A stretch of 64,000 nucleotides of DNA from an uncultured archaeon (GCA_964430885.1 CAYSHM010000012.1:1-64000); one strand, 5' to 3'; shown: positions 31,201 through 40,624, counted from the first letter of the stretch. Numbers and translations are program-made. The notes: generated by a model not told the origin, from the letters alone.

Positions 31201-31598
31201 GATATATTGAGGATCATCCGGGTAAACATTACAGAGCTATGGCCAGAGACCTTGACCTTCCTAGGGGCACACTTTCCCATCATCTGAAAGTTCTAGTAAG
31301 AGAGGATAAGGTGAAATGGACGAAGGAATCGGGTTACAAACACTATTATCCCCGTGATCAAACACCCAGAGTAACAAATAAGACAATCTTAACCCCAATG
31401 CAGGAGCAGATATTCAAGATAATCAAAAGAAAACCCGCACGGACCTATAGAGATTTGGCAAGAATTGTCGGATGCACCCCTGAGAATACCATTTATCATG
31501 TTAACAATCTCAGAGATAAGGGTTTGGTTTATGGTGAAAAGGAAGGAAGGGAATACCATTGGTATCCACAGGAGGAACGGGCTGTGGGCAAGGTCTGA
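28293..31598 (+). CDS. Single-pass membrane protein with large ectodomain (propeller-like, NEW3/CARDB-like Ig repeats, DxDGDG repeats) and cytoplasmic tandem winged helix-turn-helix
   Basis: N-terminal signal/TM, repeated V.N.G....Y.L Ig units, TM LLVVIVITIMLLVLLFAGAIAY, then RQSIYGYIEDHPGKHY...TLSHHLKVL and LTPMQEQIFKII...NTIYHVNNLRDKGLV. Confidence 0.85.
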   Translation: MGRIIINAEKILAVTIIVVMIISGLLAILLYEETVIEACPKQNPSFSVSQSTERYSRASGPANPFLTCDDDHNIYMAWEERGNSSDIVVLGKYDQSGSLLSDMILGMIEKNNPASSHPPEMVVDDNQVVHLFTKGMNGLNYFRYDPLDGSVLHKLINISSESRYYHHPEMILDENNNIHLLFTVSHEDVRGLLNDGLYYIMMDDEGRKIKSGTQIANGSVSPYTDPRIYIDRKGSLHVSWKSEGLLPGVEHISYSTLNNECSMISQPIVINNTSVNNDSLNIKNLGVFPDDKGQVCFVYFLSHHRTINGFKDTDVLKGRFILVKRDLLYGNATSKEILLNRTQDHYLECMDLVDNGHGRFDLAWSDNRSGNWDIYRQSFNSTSAPISPESKVSGTQGNSTGPAMTMLSNNMVAISFINDAGGKNNLIGPAIDATYLPTFLWDDDFSEIPIEPGEEKTLRPFISNQGSVSDTYHLELLDLPSEWTHEFLSNDFTLNPGKNRSFDLNVAAPSLVPEDMWVNVTIKCFSEGLQSVVEHMHINLFLNITLGCEITEYNVSDRVYPGLNYTVELRVENTGNIPETLHLGYSSPLELLEIEFDKNDILLLPGQRDMVKCTMLVKTTNPDDKFNITFNASVVGQAGYYNSVVLEFTVLDRSVVIASSSGEETIYPTPGAEYSHRLRIRNPASIGQNVNLNVSQYPINWTCRLENKSLFLEAGGEQEVVLLVNPDSDVRLNSVHTILISVVLREGEISLETYDITAVPKDYSLELGPDHFSGAVQSGQNYAVRLTIRNTGWNNNYSFSMSDLPLGWGAVGLDRPFSLIKGEGIQKDMILLLPEDAEPGDYNLSLLVECYPESMTVFIQLIVSDSKASDNTTEEKDSDGDGYNDTYELSEGSDPFNKASTPLDWDGDGVINEKDHYPRDPKRWAKEEDNRLLVVIVITIMLLVLLFAGAIAYSKLKNVMNHETRQSIYGYIEDHPGKHYRAMARDLDLPRGTLSHHLKVLVREDKVKWTKESGYKHYYPRDQTPRVTNKTILTPMQEQIFKIIKRKPARTYRDLARIVGCTPENTIYHVNNLRDKGLVYGEKEGREYHWYPQEERAVGKV

Positions 31599-31625
31599 GG
31601 TATAAGGGAATGGAAATAAAAGAAG

Positions 31626-32147
31626 GTGAAAATGATGAATGGGTCCGAAGCTGAAAATAACGAATATTCAAAACCACAGGAAACATATGAAGATAACAAA
31701 CCCCTGGATTTGGTACATAAACCGAAATATCACAGAAGGCCAGTTATGAAGAGGATCCGAATTCTGCGCTATCTCAAGAACAATCCGGGCAGTCATTATC
31801 GTAAGATATTCAGGGATCTCGACATATCAAGGGGCTGTCTTTCATACCATTTAAAAAATTTGGAGGAGGGGGGAAAAATATTTACCATCCGCACAGGCCC
31901 TTACAAGTTCTATTACACTGGAGAGGACCAGATTATGAGAGAACCATTCACACCCATGCAGAAAAGGATTATCCAGATCCTTGCCACCCGAAATTCCAAT
32001 ACCTACAAGAAATTGTCGGAAAGATTGGATAAAAGCCAGGAGAGCCTGATGTATCACATGAAGAGACTGAAGGAACGGGACATGGTTGTTCCGGTAAGAC
32101 ACGGAAACACGGTCCATTGGTTTCTGACCAAGAAAAATGACGTATGA
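31626..32147 (+). CDS. Soluble tandem winged helix-turn-helix transcriptional regulator (ArsR/MarR-like)
   Basis: RIRILRYLKNNPGSHY...LSYHLKNLEEGG and FTPMQKRIIQIL...SLMYHMKRLKERDMV. Clearly paralogous to the C-terminus of the upstream gene. Confidence 0.85.
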   Translation: MKMMNGSEAENNEYSKPQETYEDNKPLDLVHKPKYHRRPVMKRIRILRYLKNNPGSHYRKIFRDLDISRGCLSYHLKNLEEGGKIFTIRTGPYKFYYTGEDQIMREPFTPMQKRIIQILATRNSNTYKKLSERLDKSQESLMYHMKRLKERDMVVPVRHGNTVHWFLTKKNDV

Positions 32148-32331
32148 TCGATCTAAATCCCTATCTTCTCACTCCTTCGTTAGTTTGCTGGAAGTCCTTT
32201 TTATAAAATCCGGTAAGTTTTAATTAGTAGGTCATTCTTTATGGGTGAAGTGGTTGGAAGGTCAGTTCTCCACAGAAATATCGCTGACCGGCCCATCATT
32301 CGCTTTCGCTCACAAATGTTCGCTCATAAGT

Positions 32332-32406
32332 GGGCCCGTAGGGTAGCTTGGTTTATCCTCGTGGCTTTGGGAGCCATGGACTCCGGTTCAAATCCGGGCG
32401 GGCCCA
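32332..32406 (+). tRNA. tRNA-Pro (anticodon TGG)
   Basis: Acceptor GGGCCCG/CGGGCCC plus discriminator A, D-arm GGGT/ATCC, anticodon arm GTGGC-TTTGGGA-GCCAT, T-arm TCCGG-TTCAAAT-CCGGG. No encoded CCA, followed by a T-run. Confidence 0.95.
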
Positions 32407-32706
32407 TTTTTCGGTTGTTTCACTACTCAAAGTGGTCTCTCCCGGATTTTTCAAACCCAGTATGATTTCTCCAAAATTTCACTTACTCGTCCAGTCGGTC
32501 CCTAATTCATTTTTTAAATAATGACTCCCTCCCCTTGAATTTCTATCGAAATTCTCTAGCCTGCGTGATTCTTGATAAGGCGCTGGACTTTCCCTAGGTC
32601 TTACTGGAGAATGTCTTCGTAGTCCTTGAAAAGACATCAACTTTTTAAATATTGATAAATTTTAATATATTAACTCTTTATAATATTACACTGCTATATT
32701 ACCTCT

Positions 32707-35700
32707 ATGATACTGAAACGATCATGCCTATTTACTCTTATGGCTACAGTATTTCTCATGGCCGGATTCGTAAATGTAGTCAACCCTGTAAGACATAAGG
32801 TCGAAAGTGGTTTGTCTGCACTGGAATATACTCCGAATTCAGATATTGAAAGATATAAGACGAATTCCTGGTATATAGGTACCGTAGATGACCTCGGAGA
32901 TGTTGGAACTTATTCTTCCATAGCTGTAGATTCTCAAGATCGCCCGCATATCAGTTATCAGGATATTACCAACCGCCATCCCATATATGCAAGCTACGAT
33001 AATGGATCCTGGAGTAGAATCTTCGTCAGCCAAAATTCATTAGGCGCTCAGCACACCTCATTGGCATTAGATGGCAATGATAATCCGCATATATGCTATA
33101 AGGAAGATGCCTTTGTTCCCCAGCTAATGTATTCCTATCATGACGGTCAGGCCTGGACCCACAAACCGATCGGTTTCCAGCTTGGTCATTATCTGTCCAT
33201 TGCAGTTGACAACAATGATGATGCGCACATAACAAGCTATGAGTTCGGCGGATCTTTGATATATACCACTGACCTTCTAGACCATGATCCGATAATAGAA
33301 ACAGTGGATGATGAACAGAATGTCGGACGGGATACCTCCATCGAAATCGATGATGCCGATCATCCTCACATCAGTTACTTGGATGTGACAAACGGAAATC
33401 TCAAATATGCATATCACAATGGGACATCTTGGGTCAATGAGACCGTGGATTCTTCAGGAGACGTGGGTTATTATACCTCACTGGATCTGGATTCGAACAA
33501 TCACCCCCATATCAGCTATCTGGATCTTGGCAATGACAGACTTAAGTATGCTTATTTTGACGGTGCTCAATGGCACAATCAAACACTCGATCCCGCAGAT
33601 GGCCAGGCAACATCCATTGCACTTGACGGGGACGATCGCCCCCATATCAGCTACAAATCCAACGGTCTTATGTATGCCTATTTTGACGGGGCTGAATGGA
33701 ATCACGAGACTATAGAGCAAGGGCTAGACTTTGGTGATCACTCATCCATTGCCCTTGATAGCTATGATAATCCTCATATCAGCTACTATGATAACAACAA
33801 CAAAGATCTGAAATACGCTGTGATAGACGATATATTCCCCTCATTGGATGGCGATTCGAGCCCTTCCTTCGGTACTACAGGAGATCCATTCACTTTCAAT
33901 GTAGAGCTGAGCGATAATATAGCAGTAGATTCCGCAAGTGTGGAATGGGACCATGGCATATTGGGGAACAATGATTCATTGGTCAAAAACGGGAATGACT
34001 GGGAATATATTATTGAACTGGACCATGATCTGGATCATCTCAGCTATAGAATACACATGATGGATGCTGCGGGGAACTATAATTTTTCAGAAACATTCAA
34101 TGTGCCAGTAGTGGATAATGATCTTCCTGAACTTCAAAGTGATAATTCTGTCAATTTGGGTTTTACAGGAAATACCTTTGAGATCAATATCAGTGCATCT
34201 GACAATATTGGTGTTCAATGGGTTAGTGCGAATTGGTCTCACGATAATCGTGCGAATGAGATGAATTTGACCCTGACCGGTCAGTATTGGATTGGAGTTC
34301 TAGAACTGAACGATTCCACGGATGATCTGGTTTATTCCATACGGATAGCTGATACCAGCAGCAATATATTATCGGTAATTCCAGTTGAAATCACCATCGG
34401 GGACGATGATCCGCCTGCAGTATATCAGGACATGACTGTGGGGAATCCCCGTACAGGTGAAGGTTTTGTTCTGTCCTTGAGAACCCGGGATAACATTGAA
34501 GTTGATTCCGTTTCGGTTGGATATTCTTTCAACGGCGAGATGGCTAAGAATGATTCCATGGTCCAGGGAAGTTCATCGATATGGAATGCAAGCATTGTTG
34601 TTCCTGTAAACGCTGAAATCTTAAGATGCAGCTATATAATCATGGACGTTGCAGGTAACATTAATCAAAAATACAATAGAACTCTCAATGTTACCGATAT
34701 CATATCTCCAGTTGCAGAGTTCGAGGGTGAGATTCACATTTCACAAAACCAAACAGCCTATTTTGACGGGAGTTCAAGCAGTGATAACATTGGAATTGTT
34801 AACTATACATGGAATTTCACCTATATGGGATTTGACTACATATTATACGGCCTGGCACCCAATTTCACCTTTGATGAGGCTGGAGTCTATACTGTCCAGT
34901 TAATGGTGCGGGATAAATACGAAAATACGGATAGTGAAAACTTTTCGGTTTACTGCAGTGACATCACTCCTCCTGTAGCTGAGGCAGGTTCGGACTGGGA
35001 GATATCCCAGTCTCATCTGTTGATTCTGAATGCAAGTGCCAGCACTGATAATGCCGAAATTGTTGATTTTGCCTGGGCATTCCAGTATAACAGAACAAAT
35101 TACAATATAAGCGGTAAGATTATTGAATTCAGATTCGACATCCCCGGGATATATATTATTACATTGACTGTGAAGGATTCAGCAGGACTGACAGATGAAG
35201 ATAATTTGCTTGTTGTTGTCCTGGATGTGACTTTTCCTCTGGCGAATTTCACAGTGAATGGTAATTTATCATCCAGCGATACTCTCATTCTTAATTTGAA
35301 CCGCCCGGTTGAATTGGATGCCGAAAAAAGTATCGACAACGTCGGCATAGAAAATTATTCATGGATCATATCCGGTAATGATCTATTGTGGTACGGTTTC
35401 GGTATTGAGATGGAATATCAATTCGATACAGCAGGAAATTATACAATTGAACTAATAGTGACTGATGCAGCAGGGAACACAAACAGTAGAGAAATTGAAG
35501 TTAAGATAGAGGAACAAAAGGAAGAGGATCCCGACGGAGTGAGTCCTGATGATAAGGAGGAAAAATCCAATTATAACAGTTTATTATTGATCATTGCAGC
35601 CTTGGTGGTTTTAATTGTAATTATTGGAGTGTTATTCATCCTTTTTAGACGACTTAAAGGGCCTGATGAAAACAGGGATGATGAAACAACTGATAATACT

Positions 35701-35892
35701 TCTGATCAATATGATGACGGTAATCCTGATATTGAAAATATTTCTTTGGATGAACCGTCAGTTAATGGAGAGTACGATTCCAGAAAATATAATGATTTTA
35801 CAATGGAATCTGATTTACCATCAGATGAATTTTTTGAGCCGGGATCGGTTCCAGGTGATCTGCCACCTCCTCCGCCTTTACCTCCCCTTTAA
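32707..35892 (+). CDS. Single-pass surface protein with beta-propeller repeats and three PKD domains, Pro-rich tail
   Basis: Repeated SIA(L/V)D....PHISY blades, PKD motifs FDGSSSSDNIGIVNYTWNF / GxYxxxLxVxD, TM LLLIIAALVVLIVIIGVLFILF, ending PPPPPLPPL. Confidence 0.85.
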   Translation: MILKRSCLFTLMATVFLMAGFVNVVNPVRHKVESGLSALEYTPNSDIERYKTNSWYIGTVDDLGDVGTYSSIAVDSQDRPHISYQDITNRHPIYASYDNGSWSRIFVSQNSLGAQHTSLALDGNDNPHICYKEDAFVPQLMYSYHDGQAWTHKPIGFQLGHYLSIAVDNNDDAHITSYEFGGSLIYTTDLLDHDPIIETVDDEQNVGRDTSIEIDDADHPHISYLDVTNGNLKYAYHNGTSWVNETVDSSGDVGYYTSLDLDSNNHPHISYLDLGNDRLKYAYFDGAQWHNQTLDPADGQATSIALDGDDRPHISYKSNGLMYAYFDGAEWNHETIEQGLDFGDHSSIALDSYDNPHISYYDNNNKDLKYAVIDDIFPSLDGDSSPSFGTTGDPFTFNVELSDNIAVDSASVEWDHGILGNNDSLVKNGNDWEYIIELDHDLDHLSYRIHMMDAAGNYNFSETFNVPVVDNDLPELQSDNSVNLGFTGNTFEINISASDNIGVQWVSANWSHDNRANEMNLTLTGQYWIGVLELNDSTDDLVYSIRIADTSSNILSVIPVEITIGDDDPPAVYQDMTVGNPRTGEGFVLSLRTRDNIEVDSVSVGYSFNGEMAKNDSMVQGSSSIWNASIVVPVNAEILRCSYIIMDVAGNINQKYNRTLNVTDIISPVAEFEGEIHISQNQTAYFDGSSSSDNIGIVNYTWNFTYMGFDYILYGLAPNFTFDEAGVYTVQLMVRDKYENTDSENFSVYCSDITPPVAEAGSDWEISQSHLLILNASASTDNAEIVDFAWAFQYNRTNYNISGKIIEFRFDIPGIYIITLTVKDSAGLTDEDNLLVVVLDVTFPLANFTVNGNLSSSDTLILNLNRPVELDAEKSIDNVGIENYSWIISGNDLLWYGFGIEMEYQFDTAGNYTIELIVTDAAGNTNSREIEVKIEEQKEEDPDGVSPDDKEEKSNYNSLLLIIAALVVLIVIIGVLFILFRRLKGPDENRDDETTDNTSDQYDDGNPDIENISLDEPSVNGEYDSRKYNDFTMESDLPSDEFFEPGSVPGDLPPPPPLPPL

Positions 35893-35909
35893 AATTAACC
35901 TAAGAATGC

Positions 35910-36425
35910 TCACACCACATCACCAGACACACTCTTGAGCATTTTTCTTATCTCTCGATTCAGGATATCTTCCTCGTAGACCTTTCCGCGTTTTCGTCCT
36001 TTTTCCATCCTATCTGATTTGGAGATATGTTCCATTTTCATTATCCGCGCCCTCCGTGTTATCATCTCCATCATTCTCTTGGCCAGGCCTTTTTTCTCTT
36101 CAGCCGGAGTATCAAGTATTCCCTTCAGTTCCTGAACCTCGCCGCCGTCGAACCATATTCCGCGGCACTCCGGGCATGTGTCCAATACCAATTCGTGGAT
36201 GTGTACCTCCTTCATTCTAATACTGCATTGCGGGCATGACAGAATACCCCCAGATACAGTCCTATTGCGGATTAGGTGTTCCGGGCTGTCGTTTTCTGAA
36301 AAGTACTGGTCGGTCTCGTCAATGTCGAACCATAGACCCCCGCACATCTGGCAGTGGTCCAGTACCACACCTCGATCGTGTATTTGCTGCATATCCCTTC
36401 TGCATCTAGGGCATAGTTTCGTCAA
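35910..36425 (-). CDS. Tandem zf-TFIIB-like zinc-ribbon protein
   Basis: Two copies of CPxC...LDxCxxCxG(L/I)WFDxxE. Confidence 0.8.
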   Translation of the reverse strand: MTKLCPRCRRDMQQIHDRGVVLDHCQMCGGLWFDIDETDQYFSENDSPEHLIRNRTVSGGILSCPQCSIRMKEVHIHELVLDTCPECRGIWFDGGEVQELKGILDTPAEEKKGLAKRMMEMITRRARIMKMEHISKSDRMEKGRKRGKVYEEDILNREIRKMLKSVSGDVV

Positions 36426-36540
36426 AATGAGGCCTCCGAATATTTTCAGAACATTCTCCTGTTAATAAAGTTATCTGTTTTTTTCAAGTCCAGACAATTT
36501 GATATTTTCATAAAAATTTTTCATTCATCTACTTTTTTCT

Positions 36541-38049
36541 TCAAATCCGTCCCCAGAACCAGTATATTTGGGTCCAGCTGTAATATATGACGAATGTTAA
36601 AAGGAATAGAAAGATGATGGATATCAATATCTTTATCCATTTCTTGCTATCAAAGAGAAGTGAAACAACCCCTAAGGGTGTGAACAGAATAATAATACTA
36701 CCGCTGAAGAAACCCATTACCCACATGAAGGAAACTGAAGCGGCGGTTGAGATCTCGTGGCTTGAAAGGAGTGTAATGGAAGGAATGATCGCAGGTATTG
36801 AGCATGAACTGTCAAGTAGGCCAAATACTAATCCGCTCCCCAATGCCATGATCCAAATGTTCTTTCCCTCCAGTTTTTCTTGAAAGTAATCGGATATCTT
36901 ATCCTTCAGGGAACTTTTCTCATGTGCACAGTGTTCGCCATTTCCTGCATCATGGCAGCTGCATGAGTTGTGTTCAGTATCCTTGTTCCTGATCCCCCGG
37001 TAAAGCCCAATGCATGTTTTAACAAGGAAATACAGAAGCAAAATTATCAGAACCCCATAAATAACTATACCATTCACGGAGCCATATTTGGAAAGCTTGA
37101 AAACCCCTACAAGTCCTCCGTAAACCGAGAACACCAATCCATTGCCTATTGCGAATGGAATGGAGAGTTTCATTAACATGGATATTCGCTTATTTCGCTT
37201 AGGGTTGCCTTTTTCTGATTTTTTATTTCCATCGCTTCCATCCAATTTAAGAAATAAAACCGAACTGGCATATAGCAACATTAAGCAGCCCGGGCACAGA
37301 AGGGATGATAGCATACCTAAAACCATCATCTCCAGGAGGATCACTACAGGATTTCCCGAATAAGCCAGACTACTTGGATTCAAGAGGTCAGAGAATTTGA
37401 ACTTTTCGTTCTTGTATACTGTCTCAGGCCTGATATCAGGATCCACAAAACCGGTCTCCAGAAGTGAATCCACCATTTTTGTTATATTATCTGCCTTTAT
37501 AGGCCCTGTCAATGAGACAACATTGAAATCCTCGTCAATTATTATAAGAGTAGGATCATCCGGCATCACGTCCATGTAGTAGCTGAAAACCTCATATTCC
37601 ATATCGATCGCCATGGTCCAGGTGACATCGTTCATATCGTATTCATCACCGAACAGCCTATCTGGAGCGGGCATACAGCAGGAAGGGATAATAACTGTAA
37701 GAAAGGTAACTTCTGAATTATTATAATCCTTATTCAGGTCCTTGAAGATGTCGAAGATATTATAGTTTTTCTCATCACAGTATATGCGGTAGCCCATATG
37801 ATCGCCCCACATGAGCTGTAAAACATAAACTGGAGAATCCTCAGTCTCCCTTAGGTGAAATACCTTGTTGTTTCTTACATTATGAAGAGGCATATCCGTA
37901 GCATTCATAATGATACTTGCTGAGGTGTCAATTTCAACTTTCTCTCCTTTTTCATATCCCCAGGTAAGCCAGATGGGCAGGCTCAGCATCACAACTGCGA
38001 TAATAGCGAAAAGAAAGAATAATTTCCAGCTGAGTTTTGAATTCTGCAT
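36541..38049 (-). CDS. Thioredoxin-like domain fused to a CcdA/DsbD-like multi-pass membrane domain
   Basis: N-terminal TM and a redoxin-like region (V.FLTV...WTMAID...PTLIIIDEDF), followed by about 6 TMs with membrane Cys motifs LLCPGCL and DSSCSIP. Confidence 0.55.
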   Translation of the reverse strand: MQNSKLSWKLFFLFAIIAVVMLSLPIWLTWGYEKGEKVEIDTSASIIMNATDMPLHNVRNNKVFHLRETEDSPVYVLQLMWGDHMGYRIYCDEKNYNIFDIFKDLNKDYNNSEVTFLTVIIPSCCMPAPDRLFGDEYDMNDVTWTMAIDMEYEVFSYYMDVMPDDPTLIIIDEDFNVVSLTGPIKADNITKMVDSLLETGFVDPDIRPETVYKNEKFKFSDLLNPSSLAYSGNPVVILLEMMVLGMLSSLLCPGCLMLLYASSVLFLKLDGSDGNKKSEKGNPKRNKRISMLMKLSIPFAIGNGLVFSVYGGLVGVFKLSKYGSVNGIVIYGVLIILLLYFLVKTCIGLYRGIRNKDTEHNSCSCHDAGNGEHCAHEKSSLKDKISDYFQEKLEGKNIWIMALGSGLVFGLLDSSCSIPAIIPSITLLSSHEISTAASVSFMWVMGFFSGSIIILFTPLGVVSLLFDSKKWIKILISIIFLFLLTFVIYYSWTQIYWFWGRI

Positions 38050-38157
38050 TGTCCACTTCCGAATTTGATGACCCTCAATATGTTTGGTAATGATCCATTA
38101 CAATTTAATTAAATATGTTGTTGAATCCGATTGATTATTTTCATGATGAAGCCATCT

Positions 38158-38178
38158 TTATTATTATTATTATTATTA
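38158..38178. repeat. (TTA)7 microsatellite just downstream of the glutaminyl cyclase stop codon
   Basis: Seven consecutive TTA units, seen directly. Confidence 0.8.
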
Positions 38179-38179
38179 T

Positions 38180-39034
38180 TTATTTTTCTATTTTCAGTTC
38201 GTATATGATGGGCCATAATTTCCCAGTAATTAGGATAGTACCTGTATCATCCCTGTAAGCTATACCGTTTAGTACGTCACTTCCGGGATAATCAATACCA
38301 ATCGAGTCAGTTATATTCGATAGGTCCATTTCACCAATTACTTCTCCAGTGGTGGGTGAGATCTGAATTATTCTGCTGCTCTTCCAAATGTTTGCAAATA
38401 TTGTGCCATTAATAAATTCCATTTCATTTATACGATCCACAGGCCGTCCCTCTTCGGTTACATTGATGGCATCGATTATCGTGAAGTTGTTTGTGTCCAA
38501 TCGGTACAATGTATCGGATCCATCGCTCATGATCAGATTCTCACCATCAAAACAGAGCCCCCAGCCTTCAGCAGAATAATTGAAATTTCCTACAGGTAGA
38601 AGGGTATCAATATCATACATTAAACCCCTTCCGGATTTCCAGGTCAGCTGATAAATTGTATCTCCTACAAGTGTCAAACCCTCCCCGAAAAGCTCATCAG
38701 GGAGTTTTTTCAATAATATGTCGTTTCCGGATCCTATTTCCGTTATCCTCACAGTAGATTGGGAGTAGAGTCCTGTGCTTTCATAAATATACCCGTCCCG
38801 ATATTCCAGTCCCTGGGTAAAAGATGTGCTGTTGTGGGGGTAGGTATTGAGAATCATATAGGAAAATTCTGCAATGCTGATGGAGTGATCATCGGTATTG
38901 TCAAGATCTTTGCTCTTTGAAGTTTCATTTATTGGTTTGCTATTTAAAAATAATACCGATATGATCCCAATTAAAAATATTATTGAAATGACCGCTATTA
39001 TTTTGATTAAGGATCTCATAACCTGGCCCTTCAT
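38180..39034 (-). CDS. Glutaminyl-peptide cyclotransferase (type I, plant/bacterial type), membrane-anchored
   Basis: YPH...FTQGLEY, YESTGLY, FGEGLT, QLTWK, EGWGL, SDGS, INEME, VLNGIAY, TGKLWP and an N-terminal TM. Confidence 0.92.
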   Translation of the reverse strand: MKGQVMRSLIKIIAVISIIFLIGIISVLFLNSKPINETSKSKDLDNTDDHSISIAEFSYMILNTYPHNSTSFTQGLEYRDGYIYESTGLYSQSTVRITEIGSGNDILLKKLPDELFGEGLTLVGDTIYQLTWKSGRGLMYDIDTLLPVGNFNYSAEGWGLCFDGENLIMSDGSDTLYRLDTNNFTIIDAINVTEEGRPVDRINEMEFINGTIFANIWKSSRIIQISPTTGEVIGEMDLSNITDSIGIDYPGSDVLNGIAYRDDTGTILITGKLWPIIYELKIEK

Positions 39035-39037
39035 TTT

Positions 39038-39565
39038 TTAATTAATTTGCACCTTTCTTTCGAGCATATATTTTTTGTAAGTATTCAATTCAGCGAATCG
39101 GTAATCTTTTCTGCATTTCTCCAGATCGTCTTCCCTGAAACCCGCAAAACCGCAGAAGACTGGAGTTGGGATCTTCGCTTCTGCCCCCAAGGGTGGAGGG
39201 GCAGGGTCTATCAAGATCAATCTGGAACAGCTGAAAATAATGCTGTATTCTCTCCAAATAAGCTCGTATCTTGTTCCGCATATGGAGCATTTATAGAAAT
39301 ATCGGATATCTCCTACAGCGGACTCATCTATAATGGTGAGTTCATCATCTCTTTTGAATACCGCCTCATCACCTTCAAGAACCTTTTTAATGAGATATTC
39401 ACTCTCGAGACAAAGAACTGGCCCCGCTCCATAATTCACGTGGTCAAAATCGATTAGAGACCGGAACCGGGGGTACAGGCATGGGCAGCCGCCCTTTAAA
39501 TAAGCACTTATTATCTGATCGGTGGTTCCCATGAGTTCTTGAGCCTTTTCATCAGCATTTTCCAT
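39038..39565 (-). CDS. Hypothetical Cys-rich protein (possible Zn ribbon)
   Basis: 175-aa ORF with SD GGAG, CPC and CSICG motifs, and a 3-nt gap to the glutaminyl cyclase gene. Confidence 0.65.
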   Translation of the reverse strand: MENADEKAQELMGTTDQIISAYLKGGCPCLYPRFRSLIDFDHVNYGAGPVLCLESEYLIKKVLEGDEAVFKRDDELTIIDESAVGDIRYFYKCSICGTRYELIWREYSIIFSCSRLILIDPAPPPLGAEAKIPTPVFCGFAGFREDDLEKCRKDYRFAELNTYKKYMLERKVQIN

Positions 39566-39610
39566 GGTTATCGCTCCATAGTACCAATGTATATGTCATT
39601 TTCGTAAATG

Positions 39611-40384
39611 TCACATTGACAAAGTCAATCCAACCGGGCAATGGTCCGATCCCTCCACTTCAGATAGGATGAACGAATCCTCCATCCGCTCCATTAAATC
39701 CGGAGTGACAAAGAAATAATCAAGACGCCACCCAACATTTCTAGCTCTAGCTCCTGACCTGTAGCTCCACCAGGTGTAATTGTCAGGCTCGGGGTGATGT
39801 TCCCTGAATGAATCAATATAACCTGTATCAACAAACATGTCCATCCAGGCTCTTTCTACCGGCAGAAAACCCGATACCTTCTCATTGGCCTTTGGTCTGG
39901 CAAGGTCAATCTCATTGTGGGCGGTATTGAAATCTCCTGTTATCACCAAGGGTTTTCCCCTTTTCCTCTCCTCTTCGGCAAAGTCCAGGAAAGCATCATA
40001 GAAATCCAGCTTGTATTTCAGTCTATCAGCATCCTTCTTACCATTGGGATAGTAGATATTGAAAAGTGTGAAATCGTCATATCTAAGAATTAGGGTTCTA
40101 CCTTCCCTGTCGAATTGCTCGATCCCGAAACCGTTCAAAACCACCTTAGGTTCCATCTTGGAAAAAACAGCCACGCCACTGTATCCTTTCCTGTAGCATC
40201 TTGACCAGTATGAGAAGTATCCGGGGGGAGTATTTCGGTCATCCGGCAGCTGTTCCTTCCAGGCTTTTGTCTCCTGTATGCAGATAATATCAGGGTCCCT
40301 TTTTGCCAACCAGTCAATAAATCCCTTCTTGATAACCGCCCGTATCCCGTTGACGTTCCACGATAGTATTTCGATCTTCTTCAA
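39611..40384 (-). CDS. xth: Exodeoxyribonuclease III / AP endonuclease
   Basis: [47 protein letters not shown] and GSDHCPV. TTG start with SD GGTGA. Confidence 0.95.
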   Translation of the reverse strand: MKKIEILSWNVNGIRAVIKKGFIDWLAKRDPDIICIQETKAWKEQLPDDRNTPPGYFSYWSRCYRKGYSGVAVFSKMEPKVVLNGFGIEQFDREGRTLILRYDDFTLFNIYYPNGKKDADRLKYKLDFYDAFLDFAEEERKRGKPLVITGDFNTAHNEIDLARPKANEKVSGFLPVERAWMDMFVDTGYIDSFREHHPEPDNYTWWSYRSGARARNVGWRLDYFFVTPDLMERMEDSFILSEVEGSDHCPVGLTLSM

Positions 40385-40624
40385 TTACTTCACCTAATTA
40401 CAGCTTCTATTTGGTTCATAGGAACTTATTGGAGATTGTTTTAATAAATATTTATCAGGATTAAGCTATAAATGGTTCATGGGATAAAAATGTATAATTT
40501 GGAACTCACTGAATCCCTACGGAATATGGAAAATTGATTGGACCATATGTTATTCAGATAAGGTAAAATATTGTTAATGCAGATATAGATTATAACGATT
40601 CTTTTGGATTTTGAGGGGCCTATA

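Noticed and set aside
14263-32406. Integrated element at tRNA-Pro
   Set aside because: I found no integrase or transposase, and no duplicated tRNA 3' end.
32241-32465. 74-aa ORF
   Set aside because: It overlaps the tRNA-Pro gene and has no recognisable protein features.
38158-38182. Tandem TAA stop array after glutaminyl cyclase
   Set aside because: The (TAA)7 run is 1 nt out of frame with the real stop and is best read as a neutral microsatellite.
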